Source of the DNA: Takakia lepidozioides
Taxonomy: Eukaryota; Plantae; Bryophyta
Assembly (NCBI GenBank): GCA_030704615.1
Contig: CM060733.1
Span: 6,200,001 to 6,264,000, forward strand
DNA: 64,000 nt
Direction of reading: 5' to 3'
The translations under genes and the position numbers were made by a program. Numbering within the stretch: the first letter of the stretch is position 1; the number at the start of each line of letters is the position of its first letter. Below the pieces are notes generated by a model, which saw only the letters and a list, made by a program, of their open reading frames with translations, had not been told where the DNA came from and searched no databases. Positions 24,501-37,149 of the stretch are shown piece by piece.

Positions 24501-27020
24501 GTTTAGGGAAGTTTTCTGCCTAACTTCGTTTTCATCAGACAATCTCATGGCAACAGACATGGCTTTGGACACTACAGCCTCTAAGTCAGATTTATCAACC
24601 CATATTGCAGATCCGTACTCCAAGGCAGGTCTAATAATGCGACAAAGCATGGTTTTCTTAACCTCCGAGTTGACCCCTCTGCAGAAAAAGTTAAAAAGAG
24701 AGAGGGAGAGGGAAGATACTTTTTGTCATGTCAAGACAAAGACAAGACCCCTAGGGTCGTTGTCATGAAAGAATAAATAGACATATCAGCCACTTAACGG
24801 TGGCACCATCCATCAATCATCAAGCTTAGAAAATCCAGAATTACATCCATGCACAGTAATGTGTTCATGTCAGTATGATTCATAATCCAGAGAGTATGCC
24901 ACTGATGCTGATTGACCACCAGTCAAGACAATGATACACTTACATAGGTCTGGGTGGGATGGCGGGTACTTGGCCATATTTTGGCCTTGATGTGGTGCAG
25001 GTCACATAGTCATACAGATTTACTGTCTGCAAGCTGTAATCCAAGCATAATTACTAAAACCCCATGGGTGTCATGGAGGGTTTTCTTTAAAAAAAAATGA
25101 ATACTTGGATATCACAAATTTAAATACCTTGCCTTGCCAGTATTTGTTTAGACTGGTGTGCAATACAGCTTGCCCCCACAGGGGATGTGGATATGTCTGG
25201 TAAGTTTTCCAGAACACCCCTATACCTTTATTTCTTGCTATAGCTTAAAATCAAAGCTCATGAAAAAGCAAGGTAAATATAAAGGACTGCATACACATCC
25301 TGTGACAGTATATGGTACTGTCAATACACCCTTCACATCATTCCACATTTGACCATGTCATTATACCATGTCTAGGGGGTATTTCCACTTGACCACCCTG
25401 GCTGCCTCAAAAACCAGTTACCATTTATATTACTGCCATATTTCAGTGTCAGCCGAATAGCCGCAGGCAGAAACTTCATCATACCCTGGCCTAAGCATCT
25501 AGCTAATCAAAGCCATCTGGGTTGGAACATAACAGGGGTCTTTTATCAACAGAGGTACCCGAGTAGCTGCAGCAAACAGTTCCTTGCAGCCTGTCAATTT
25601 GTTTCCAACTACCATAAGGTAAGCAAAGCAAACTAGTGCCTGGAAAACAGATGTGTGTCTCTCACACAAGCCATCATAAACCCGGCTGTCACATCACAAT
25701 AGAGGATTTCCACTGGCTAGGCCGAACTAGCCCATCGTAGAAAGCATTACACTTGTTCTTCAAAAATCAAGGAAGGAAAGAGGCAGGATCAAGAAAAACC
25801 ATAGAGTAGTTTAGTTTTTCAACATTTTAGGATGAGTCCCTGGCAAACGATTCCTTCCCCCGCTCTGCAATCCCACTTGGCATCCAACAGCACCTAGACA
25901 TCAGAATGTTAAGTGGAAGCCCTCACCTGTGCCCGTCCCAAAAACAACCACAACGCATTGTGAGTTAGTGAGGATGCACGAGGTGAGTAGCAGGCTTCCA
26001 CACTTGCTATCGAGGTCAAATACACTTCAATCTAAGCACAGAGAATGCCAAAGAAAACAAGGAAGCAAAATCAACGGAAAAAAAAACATTTTTTACTGTT
26101 TGGGGGAGAGTCGCCATCTCTCCACAAGCCTAACCGTGCAGGGTGCTACCTTAACCAAAGCAGGATCTTGCCAAGCACAAGAAAAAAAAAAATTGGTTTC
26201 AAAAGGTAGGGTTTATAAAGGGAGGGAGAGAGACTTCCTTGTGCCGCCATTCATCAAAGATCCAGAGGAGGGCTACTAGGGAAACGTCCTAGGCATGCAA
26301 GTGGTGCCTCCGCCATCGCTGTCGCGGTTCCCTTGTGCAGCAAAAAGACAGACAGCTGAGACAGGGAATCTTCCCTCATCACTAAGCCACCGCCATCACC
26401 TTAAAGAGCTCGCCCAGGCGTCGCTCACAGGAGCCATAAACACTCAACGATTGGCAGCTCAAGGTATCTGCAGCACGAGCACCATCGCTCCTCACAAGCC
26501 GCCATCGCGCGTGCTCTCGCAGCGCAAAAAGAAAGACATTAGGGTTGCGCAGGGTTTTCCCCTGCCTGGCCCGTCAACCATCCTTCTCAGGATTAAAAAC
26601 ATCCGCCATTCTGTCCATCCGACGGACGTTGTCCGTTTCTCATTCGTGGAAGATGAAAGACATCGTGCTTTCATCCTATCTTGCACTTCAACGGATGTAG
26701 TCCGTATTTCATCTAGGTTAGATGAAAAACATGGGGGATTTTTTATGTATAAAAAAAACTGTCTTGCCCTATATTTAGGTCCTGTCATATGAAGTCCTTT
26801 TTTCATCCAGGTTGGATTGAAAAAGTAGAAACTGACGGGAGTTTCACAGGTTTTTAAGTGAAGAAATATTTCACTAAAAATATAGTTTATATATATATTG
26901 GATAAAGAACATCCAAAATTCCCTTCAATTCAATTTTTTTCAGTTTCCTCAAGGATGGAAGTCGGGACAACAATTCCAAAAGCCCAGTGTCCAGAGGGAG
27001 AGAGAGGGAGAGAGAGGGAA
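21539..27020. repeat. Long inverted repeat: arms 21539-23903 and 24708-27020, ~0.8-kb spacer
   Basis: The arms are reverse complements along their length, including mirrored spurious ORFs 22293-22667(-) and 25929-26279(+). Identity is roughly 90% by eye. Confidence 0.92.
23971..24670 (-). mobile_element. 3' fragment of a LINE (RT thumb + C-terminal CCHC finger), internally deleted
   Basis: IIRPALEYGSAIW, then KFKLRA...CPLCG..ED.HFLIHC-type motif; same family as 37150-38505. Confidence 0.7.
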
Positions 27021-27265
27021 TCCCACCATCCTACCCCTGGTATGGCAGGCCCTTACGGAGTGAGTGTGGTATGCACTCACCCCGTAAGGGACTGCATACC
27101 AGACTCCTCTCCAAAAGGGCAAGCTCTCCCTGCTCATATGCCAATCCTTCGGAAGATGTCCTGAAAAGGATTATCAGGCTACCCTTAGACATGCTGGGTG
27201 ATTTAGAACAAGCAAAATGAAATCAATCATTGAAATCATTTAGGTTAATAAATATAGTGCTTACC

Positions 27266-28005
27266 TCATAGCATGTTAACCAGATCAGCAATCTGGAAGC
27301 GTACACCAGGAAAAGTTCCTTCTCCGAGGAGCCTTAGCAATATTTGTAACAACTTGTCCGTTTTGAAGCCATTTTGTCCCAAGGTGTTAATCAGAATCCC
27401 ACACTCTTTCCAGGCCGATTGAACGGTACTGGAAATATATAATATGGGTACAGCCTGAGATATCACAACATTGTATGATTGGTTCACTGGTCGGTTTGAC
27501 CTGAACTGAATGTATTGTGTATACAAAAAAGGGAGAGCTCTCCTCTTGTCATATTTCTGGAAGCAGAATTCACCTGTCTCCTCATTCTCTACTGATAATT
27601 GGATGTTCATAAAACAAGGTTCTAGGCCTACATCTTGAGTCCCGGATTTGGTTCTCAATATTTCAGGCTTAATTTCGACCACATTCAAAGGATATATCCA
27701 CCATGGGTTGGAACTACTGCGATCAGCTGAGGGATTCAGAAATGTTAGAGCATTTCCGGCATTAAGCCAGCATATGTCATCAATGTAACGGAAAGCTGAT
27801 TCGAACTTGGCCATCAACTGTGATTCCCCGAGTGTAGCCAATCTTAAAATGAACTAGATTCCATAAGATAAAAAATATATATTGCACCATAAAGGTGAAC
27901 AAGAAAAGCCCATAGGTATACCTGATATTTGCTGCCATACCCGGTCCCCTAAAGCAACGAAGCAATGGGACATCAACCAGCCGTGGAGCTCGAGCAACCT
28001 TGCTT
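27266..28005 (-). mobile_element. Penelope-like element (PLE) reverse transcriptase, 3' part
   Basis: VWQQISGIPMGFSCSPLWCNIYF (~27870-27940), FRYIDD, and the PLE thumb motif KYDKRR...SNRP...YNVVISQ. One frameshift; the ORF stops without a C-terminal GIY-YIG. Confidence 0.8.
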
Positions 28006-28010
28006 CACAT

Positions 28011-31000
28011 AGCTGCTTTTTTCATCCGGTCCAGATGAAAAAAATAAATAGGTTCACTTGTTTGGATGAGGTCCATCAGTAGGATGATAATTAGTATCCA
28101 TCATCCAGGGCAACGGTTTTTCATCCTCACGGTAATTCGTCATCCTTAAGAGAAAGCCTCATCCAGTACGGAAAAAAAGCGTACAAGGGGAAATAAAACG
28201 AATTCAGATCCTGGTATTTTTCATCCGGCATGGATGGAAAAAATTATAGATAGGATGTCAGTGTCATAACCCTTATGGAGGTAATTCCTCATTCTCTGGT
28301 GACCCATCTGATATAGATGAAAGTCAATAAAAGAGGAATGAAAAATTATAAGTCATTTTTAAAGGTACTTTAGTGTCCGCCCAGGCTTCCGGTATGGATA
28401 GAAGACCTTTACAAGTCGGGTGAAAACACCTTTTAGAGTCCATCTGGTATAGATGGAAAATCATGAAAAGAACACTGATGCAACCGGCCAGTTCTGAGGA
28501 GGGAGACAGAGGGAGAGAGGGGGCACCCACCAACCAGCCCCTGGTATGGCAGTCCCTTATGGAGTGAGTGTGGTATGCACTCACCCCGTAAGGGAGTGCA
28601 TACCAGACCCCTTCATAAGGTTTCTCCCACTGCAAAAGTAGTTCCAAATCCCCGGACAGGATTGCCAAAACGGGTTGGAAATCCTACTTCCTCCCCATAC
28701 CATACATATCAGCCACCTGAATAAAAGAAGACTTGTATACGGCCATGTGGAATTCTTTTTCCAAAGAATAACAGTTGTATGTCACTCAAACTGAAAGCAT
28801 GGATAATCAAACAAGGGACAAATCCTCTTTAAACCTTGGTATGATATATCGATGATTGTACCACATTGCCATGAGTTGATAATTAACTACTATGGATGTG
28901 GACAACAGTCTGCATAAATCCAGAAGAGTACTCATGAATGTGCATACAAGTAAATGAAGAGAGCATACCCAATCAGACATCCTTCCAAGATCCGAAAACC
29001 CATTTGCGGATCGGGGAGAAGCCCTCCGAACAAGTATAAGGTAGGATGGCAGCAATATGTTGCCCATCTATACACCATCCTGGTTTAAGGCCAGTTTTTT
29101 CAATGGTATGATAAGCACATAGCATATTACATATGCATATTTACATAGTGATGCTACATAGAGCCAAGCCACTTGTAGAGAGGTATGAAAGCATATGAGC
29201 CTAAGAGTGTCTAAAACTAATACAAGGCATCAGCTACCTGATACCATCTAACACGAGTAGTGTGCATTGACCGGATCATGTAGAAGGTGTACACATACTC
29301 CTGGAGGTGGTTCTACCTGGGCCTAGCTCAATATATCAGTATGAAGACAACACTCAAAAGCACTATGCTTATCTTAAAAGTCCTCCGTGCTTAATTTCAG
29401 GACATACCTTATGAAGGTCATTGCTCCATATCTTTGTCATGGAGGGACCTTCTGCCAGGCCAGAAAACAACCATGTTAGTATATCAACATGATGAAGAAA
29501 TAACCAGAAAGGAAAGCAGTAGATGGTGTGTACAAGAACCACCAAGTACACTGGAAAAGGAAGAGAGGGAAGATATTCATGTCATGTCAAGACATGGACA
29601 AGACCAACTAGGGTCACTTGTCAATTAAAGATCCCATGACAGGGCACCATCTAACATTTCCAGTCTTGTCATAACACACCAAGTGACGCCACCCATTCAG
29701 TCATGATAAAACAGGGTGGGAGGGCGGGGTATGTTCATGATCAGATTCCTGTCATGTACCCAAGTGACCCTTATGCACAATATAAGTCAGATTGCAGACT
29801 CAGATTACATCATCCATAGTTATCCATAAGATATGCACCATGCAATATATCATGGGCATATAAGAGTGTCTTGCCACATTACAGATCCAGGATATGCACA
29901 CACAAGTACCTTGAGGTGATCCAAGACAAGCATTATGCAAAGTAGGTAAGAACAGTCTGCCTTGCAACACATTCAGTGAGTGTTCACACCGGCAATAGGA
30001 AGGACCAGCCTGTAATTAATTACACTTCAGGCCTGCCACCAAGTACACTTCTTGGGCAAGGTAAGCCATATTACAACTTCACATTTGGCCAAATGTAAGC
30101 ACCCCAAAACATGCATCTTGCAAAGCCTTTTGGGTATGTAAGAACAGTCTGTCATTGTATATATTCATGACATGTGCACATAGGACTCTTGCATGGAAGA
30201 AAGGTTTGTCTTGTCACAACATCCAGATCTGGACACACATACAATTTGAGTGTCTAGGACCAAGCCCACTTGGCCAAGATAAATCAAACAATGCAGGTGG
30301 CTGTTCAAATGGAAAAATAGAGTAAATAATCATTGGCCAGAGTCCTTTAGAGCTTACCGTCACTGTATCACAGGAGGCTAATGCCATGTTTTGCAAATAG
30401 AACCTCACTATGCTCCATTCCACAACAAAACCAGGTCTGAAAACGGCCTGTCACTGCCTTATCAGGCTGTCTTCTTTAACAAAATACATGGCTCCTCATC
30501 CTTTTAGCAAAACAACCATTTATGACTTGCCCCTTATACCATCAATCCTCTTTTAAGGCCAAAAAGAAGGGGAACCAAGTCTAAAAATCCACAGGCAAAG
30601 CTGTCAAAGACTCAAGACAAGGTAGGGTTCACATGCAGTGCTGCATGAGACAAGGCTGCCAGGCCAAAGTGCTCCATCAGCAGCAGCAAAAGATCAGTCA
30701 AAAGCAAGCATTGTCATGTCAAACCGGGAGCAAGCGGGCCGAAATCGGGGCTGCAGGCAGCAACATGTTCCTTTTGCACATATCCTCATCTGCAAGCTCA
30801 AGAGAATTCAAAGTAGGTAGGGATCCTCACCTGGTCCCATCACAAGCCCCCACAAAAACCAATGGGTTAGTGAGGATTGTGGAACCCCAGGTGAATCACA
30901 GACCCCTACACTTGTTATCGATGTCAACTAAGAACCCCAAGAGACAAGAGAGCAAGATATGAAGTAAAAGGAACCCTAATCGCCAAAAACACCTTGAGCG

Positions 31001-32022
31001 ATTGGGGAAGGTAACACTGCGCCATCGCCACCAACACGCCACCTCCAGCACAGCTAAGGAGAAGCGAAGCATACAAATGTTATGTCTAAGAAGGGAGAGG
31101 GAGCAATATACTTCCCCACCAAAGCGCCGCTGCGAAACATAAAAGCCAGAGGAGGGAAAGGGATGATGCCATCACAGCAGGTTCTCCTGCCTGTGAGAAG
31201 AGACAAGACGCCGCCATTGCGCATCCCCAGGAGCTCGTCCGGCATGAAGCAGCAAACAGGGTAGCAGCAGGGCTCAGACGCCATAACTCGCGAGCTCAGC
31301 AGCATGAGAAATGCAGCTGACAGCGGGAGAGACACCCTAGGGCAAAGCCCGATTTTTCATCCGTAGGATGAATAATCAATACCATTTCTCTTAAGCGACG
31401 GATGTCATCCGTTAGCTAGGTTTATAGGGTAGGAGTTAGGGTTTCACTCCTTAATTAGCAATAATCAAGGGTAATTAGAAAAATCTCCATGGCCATCATA
31501 AGCTGCTTTTTTCATCCGGTCCAGATGAAAAAAATAAATAGGTTCACTTGTTTGGATGAGGTCCATCAGTAGGATGATAATTAGTATCCATCATCCAGGG
31601 CAACGGTTTTTCATCCTCACAGGTAATTCGTCATCCCTTAAGAGAAAGCCTCATCCAGTACGGAAAAAAAGCGTACAAGGGGAAATAAAACGAATTCAGA
31701 TCCTGGTATTTTTCATCCGGCATGGATGGAAAAAATTATAGATAGGATGCCAGTGTCATAACCCTTATGGAGGTAATTCCTCATTCTCTGGTGACCCATC
31801 TGATATAGATGAAAGTCAATAAAAGAGGAATGAAAAATTATAAGTCCTTTTTAAAGGTACTTTAGTGTCTGCCCAGGTGATTCTTCTGGTATGGATAGAA
31901 GACCTTTACAAGTCGGGTGAAAACATCTTTTAGAGTCCATCTGGTATAGATGGAAAATCATGAAAAGAACACTGATGCAACCGGCCAGTTCTGAGGAGGG
32001 AGACAGAGGGAGAGAGGGGGCA
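28011..32022 (-). repeat. Non-coding unit with a near-identical ~515-bp direct repeat (28011-28525 and 31501-32022), pLTR-like
   Basis: Near base-for-base duplication. The internal part is homologous to the inverted-repeat arms (30830-30960 vs 22530-22680; 29580-29620 vs 24725-24765). Confidence 0.75.
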
Positions 32023-32069
32023 ACAATGAAAAAAAAAGGGTTGGGGGGGGGGGGGGGGGTGGGGGGGAG

Positions 32070-34700
32070 GTCAGATGGTGGGGTCAGCTGCAGCATATGT
32101 CCAACACCAGATATTCTAAGTTAATGACCAGACAGTGTTCTTGAATGTACAAGCATTGGAAACTTAGCCTCTTTTAGAAGCTTGTTACTTTAGGACACTT
32201 GATACCATGCCAAACTGATATGGATGGATCTTTTGTGGCCAAATCTGGTCCTTGGTTATATGCCCTTGAAGGTTTACCTATTTTCCAAAATGGTAAGACA
32301 TTGGTAGATGTGAAGAGAATGATTCAGGCATTGTATTCAAGTTGCTTTAGGATTAAATAATACCAAAGTAACCTGCAGGCCTGATGGGATGAGCAATTCA
32401 GATTCTTTGTGTTTCCTATGGATGATTGCATGGCAAGTAAATCTGAATACAGCCTCTTATGGTAATGATTTCCCTACCCCAGACATAGAACTTGGTCTTG
32501 GGACATGGAATAAGAGGTGGGAATATTACTCTACCCTGTCATTGAAATTACACACCAGCCCCAGATCTAAAACAGATCATGGGGCAAAAAACATGGTGTC
32601 AATAAGTGACTTGATGTGCAAAATAGGGCAGCTGATTATACCCTGTTGGATAAGCTGCCAAATATCAGTCTTGTAACCCTGCTTTGGTGATGTTCTTTAT
32701 GTAAAGAAATGCTCTTATTTTGTTCTTAAGCCTTCTATGATCATAAATGGCTTCTTTAAGACAAACAGACATTTCCAGCCATGAACAGTGATCAATGGAT
32801 CCTTATTTCGACATGGATACTTACTGCTCAGTCACTTTGGTATGTCCAATGATACAAAGAACCCAAAACTATACTAGTTTTTGGGCCAACAATAAATTAG
32901 GATGGTTGGTTATGCCTTGGTATGTAAGCTGACCAAAAAATACAGACTGAATGACATGGCATGTCATGAATGGCACTTTTTAGCATGCTGAACAATGGTT
33001 TCCTACTATGAGCAGTGGTAATTGAGTCTCTAATTTTTCCCACCCCCCCCCCCCCCCCCCGCACCCAGAGATTTCATTGACTTTGAAGTCTGGGATTTGT
33101 CATAAAGCTGACTTGTGAATGAAGAATGGTTGATAATGCCTTGTTATGAGGCTGATACAATGACCTTGTCAGGTCTTTGTCCATGTCTTGACAAGACATA
33201 AGTATCTTCCCTCTCTGATTTAGACCAGTGTACTTGGTGGTTCTTGTACACATTATCAACCAATCTCCCTTCTGTTTTCAGTTTTATGTTTGATTTACTA
33301 ACACCTTGGTCTGAGCATGACAAAAGGTTATCAAATATGTTCCTGATTGAATTGATGAACCCAAGGCAATGGGAAGGCCAAAGCCATGACATATCAGCCT
33401 CCTCTCCCGCCATGACCATGGTGTGGAGCAAGCAAGTCCTTCATAAGGTAAGATCTTCTCCAACAAAAATGTGTTGGCTAATTGGGCATGGAGAGTAAGG
33501 CATCCTTGAAGGTACCTGAGATAAGCATAGAACATCTATAGGGCTTCTGAATGCTGAAATTTTGAGCTAGGCCTTGGTAAGACAACTTGCTGGAGTAGAC
33601 GTGTACACCTTATACATGATCCGGGCAATGCACATTACTCTTGTTTGCCGGTCCCCTGTAGCCGATGCCTTATGTCAAATTTAGATACCTTATGATAAGA
33701 ATGAGTTCCATTTCTTTGGCTCAAATGTTTCTATGTTTCTCCTGGTTATGGCTTTGCTCTTTATAACACCATAAAAAATACCCAATTCTGATATGCTGCT
33801 GGTAGAGGTTTCGTCTGAATACAAGGTGGTAAACCCCCGCCAGACTTCATTACCTGAGTCCCAATACCTGCCCCCTTTGGTTTTGTACACATGTTTTACC
33901 CAAAACAAGGGGTGGGTAAACACTAAAAGTCTGATATAAGATTCTTTCCTGATTGTTACTTTATGACCTTGGGAATTGAGGGTTCTTTCACTGGCCTCTT
34001 CTTCCAGTCACCAGAGCTTATATATAAACTAAAAGGTAAAACTCTACATTTTGATGTATGTGTTGATGTACCTTCGTTTGTCACAACTTGCCAACTTGGA
34101 ACATGCCAATGGCAGAAAATTCATTACCTAAACCTGCCCCCATTGGTTTTGTACACATGTGGTACCCAAAAGCATGGGCTAGGTAAACACTAAAGGGTTG
34201 ATAAAAGTTTCTTTCCTGTTTGTTGCTTCATGAATTTCGGAGTTAAGGTCCCTTCATTGGCCTCATCTTTCCATTACCAGAGCTTATGTGTAGCTAAAAG
34301 GTAAAACTCTACATTCTGATGTAAGCGTTGATGTACCTTTGCTCGTCACGGCTTGTTTTGTTTTTTGACCTTGGAGAGTTGAGATTGTAGGCATGTTTAT
34401 TTCTATGGTTCCTTTGTAACCAGAAGTAAAAAGCTACAAAGAAGAGGGAGGTCATTTATGTGATGGGGTCTGGTATGCACTCCCTTACGGGGTGAGTGCA
34501 TACCACACTCACTCCATAAGGAGCTGCCATACCAGGGGATGGTTGGTGGGTTCCCTCTCTCTCCCTCCCTCTCCCTCCCTCCATGGATCTGGCTGGTTCT
34601 TTTAAAACTTGATAGTTTAAGACCAGTGGTATGTTACCTAACCCCTAATTAACCTTATTGGAATTGGGTTAATTTCGGTTATTTACATTACCCGGATTTT
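32070..34700 (+). repeat. Diverged member of the same non-coding family, with an internal ~265-bp tandem duplication
   Basis: 33170-33700 is homologous to the reverse complement of 29150-29600; 33866-34090 is repeated at 34131-34355; ends in the hairpin cassette at 34465-34538. Confidence 0.6.
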
Positions 34701-36559
34701 TGGTATAAGGTCACGATCCTAATGGAGCCATCTGGCAGCGACGCACGGGCGTCGCTTGGCGTACCACCCGGCTGACTCCCGGTCAGGTTAGAAAAAAAAA
34801 GGGATGCGACACCGCGTCGGCGCGCCCACCAACGCCGTCGGCTGGAGGGCGGCAACGGTGAGACGTCGCTCGAAGGGGCTCCTGCCATCGGCGTGGACGG
34901 CCTGAAAAACCGACGTCCGGTAGTCGCGGGAGTTGGGGCGGGGGCTCGCGACCCCCATATGTCGCATTTTTGCGACGTCATTTTGGCGACGCCCTTGCGA
35001 CTGCAGGGCGACGGCCGGGCGTCGCAAATTCTGCGTGCCCGAAAAGGGCATTTTCCCGACGCTGCGGCGTGGCGCGGACGTCGCAAAGGCCCCCCTTTTC
35101 CTGTAGTGCACACATGGCTCCTCGCCTCCCCTACTCTGCAACCCTTCACCAGCAGATCCCTCCCCCTCACGGTCGCTCTCTCCCTCCGAAAGATCAAGCG
35201 CCCTCCGAGTCTCCCTCATCTTCTCTCTCACTTGCAACCTCTGCCTCGCCGACGTGTAGTAAAGACTCTTCCGACGCGACCTCTTCTTTGCAAAAACAAT
35301 GTCGTTCTTTGGAGGCTCCAGTGTGAATAGTTTGAAATGACACATACAGGACTCTCATCTTCCAACACACCATTAGGGTCCACGAAATGGATGGATGGAT
35401 GGCGGTTGGGGTTGCATCTCGGAAATCATCCACTTAGGCTTTTCCCATAAAACAGTAACGGCCCTTAATTGTCTTGTTCGAATTGCGGCTGGGGGGTTGT
35501 TTACTGTGCAACTTGGAAATGGGCAACTGGCATGGACCATCATTGCCGGTCTGGGCCCTGTTAGCGGAACCTCTGAATGGAGACCACGTACCCATGGGTG
35601 TCAGTGTGTGTTCGACCAACATAGGGGTCGTTAGGGAATGGGCTGCGGATTTGTTCGTATGAAGTATGTCATTGTCAGAAAATTGAACTTACCCTCAATA
35701 CTCTTAATTCTATACAGCTGTTTCTGTGGCGGCGAAATGCTGCATGATTATCATTAGAATGATGGAAAGGAGAAAGTACATTGTGCAAAGATAAACAGTA
35801 TCTACACACAAGAGGAGTCGTCGTGGCCGGCTGCACCACATTGCCCAGTGTGGCTGATCCCAGTTCCTGCACGCAATGTCTCCCACCTCAGATGTGACAA
35901 TACTGTACTGCCTTCTGCAAGCCGAGTACCTAAGCGCCATGGCGGACGACAATGGCCTGGCCGTTGTTGAGGAGGATTTGATTTGCATAACATTCTGCTT
36001 TGAGCCAGGGACCGTCCATGTGGTCATAGAGGTATACGATAGTAGTAGGAAGGTCGAGGGAACAAAGGTTCAGAAGCTGCATAAACGCGATGGTCGAAGA
36101 GAGTGGAGAGTTTCACCCGCCAAGTATCGTGTTCATGGAGATCAAAGACGCCTTTCATCGGACACTATACTCACGCCCGGAACAGCAGCTTCGGTGGCAC
36201 AGGCGCCAAAATTGGTCCCCATCAAGCCAGAAGAGACTACCTCCATGACATTTGTCGAGCTCTCCAACAGTTCAGAAGACAAAATCACGGAGCTTCCTCC
36301 TCCTACGAACCCTCCTGTTTTGGTAATCCCCGATGTCCAAGAGATCAGTAGTGTCATTCCTAAGTTGCAGTCATTGAGACACTACAACAGATCCCGGCTT
36401 TTACGTCTGCTATTTTTCAGTCGTATCAGCCTTTTATGACTGCATGACTACCCAGTCAGATAAACCCAGTCAGTTGTGACAAATGAGTCGTAAGTGCCAT
36501 AGAGTCGTATCTGCCAGTCATGGAGCTCACTATTGACGTGACAACGGAGACGCCTAATC

Positions 36560-36751
36560 ATTATTTAATTTTTTCATCCGTAAATGGATGTCATCCTCAG
36601 AGGATGACACAGATGAAAAATCGAGAGACAACTTCATCCAATGCGGATGAAATCACGATAGATTTCATCCTACACGGTAGAGTTCATCCCGTGTGATGGA
36701 TTTCATCCCGAATGAATGGATGAAATCGCGCTTCATCTCTTCCCTGCCCTA
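36560..36751. mobile_element. One end of a hAT/MITE-like element
   Basis: Dense GGATGAAA/TTTCATCC subterminal motifs ending ...TTCCCTGCCCTA (rc TAGGGCAGGGAA); partner end not found. Confidence 0.35.
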
Positions 36752-37149
36752 ACCCTCTGCATGACGATCGTGCTCAAGGGATGGCTGGAGCTGAGAGATG
36801 GTGGCGGGGGGCGCATGGAGCTCGATTCAGGCGCCCTTGAATGCTATGGAGCTGCGCCATTAAGGCATTTAGGTGTTCTGGCAAGATTCAATACCTTCTT
36901 CCCCTCTTGGGGTACGCAATGGCGGCAGTACCTGCAATTTCCCTGTGGCGGTTGTCTCTAATGCTTGGCGGGCGATCTACCTGTGTTGTGGTTGCTTGCT
37001 GTGACCTTCATTGATCATTAAGATACAAGCGGCGATCTTAAGGCCTCAGGGAAGTGTCTGAACTCTTTAAGTTTGGGCGATTCACTTTCTTTGTGCATGC
37101 TTTGTACATTTTTGTTGTGCATTTTTGTTTGTTGGTCTTGAGAGCTATG

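Larger units (their letters stand above)
18624..35108 (-). mobile_element. CACTA (En/Spm) element, non-autonomous, interrupted by a ~13-kb retroelement cluster (~21400-34700)
   Basis: One end is ...CCTGTAGTG (rc CACTACAGG) at 35108, with dense GCGAC/GTCGC subterminal repeats at 34730-35090. The other end, TACTACGG at 18624, has TTG(C/T)GAC at the same offset (22-28) and similar repeats. 3-bp TSD not recovered. Confidence 0.6.
18289..36531 (+). mobile_element. Inner deleted MULE derivative (native parts ~18289-18623 and ~35109-36531)
   Basis: Left end GAGTTAGGCCCATGACT and right end (rc) TAGTGAGCTCCATGACT are in register, and both carry AGTCGTA/AGTCAT subterminal motifs. ORF 35876-36439 (FCFEPG...EGTKVQKLHKR...EWRVSPAKYR) resembles a MULE-transposase N-terminus. 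No TSD found. Confidence 0.45.
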
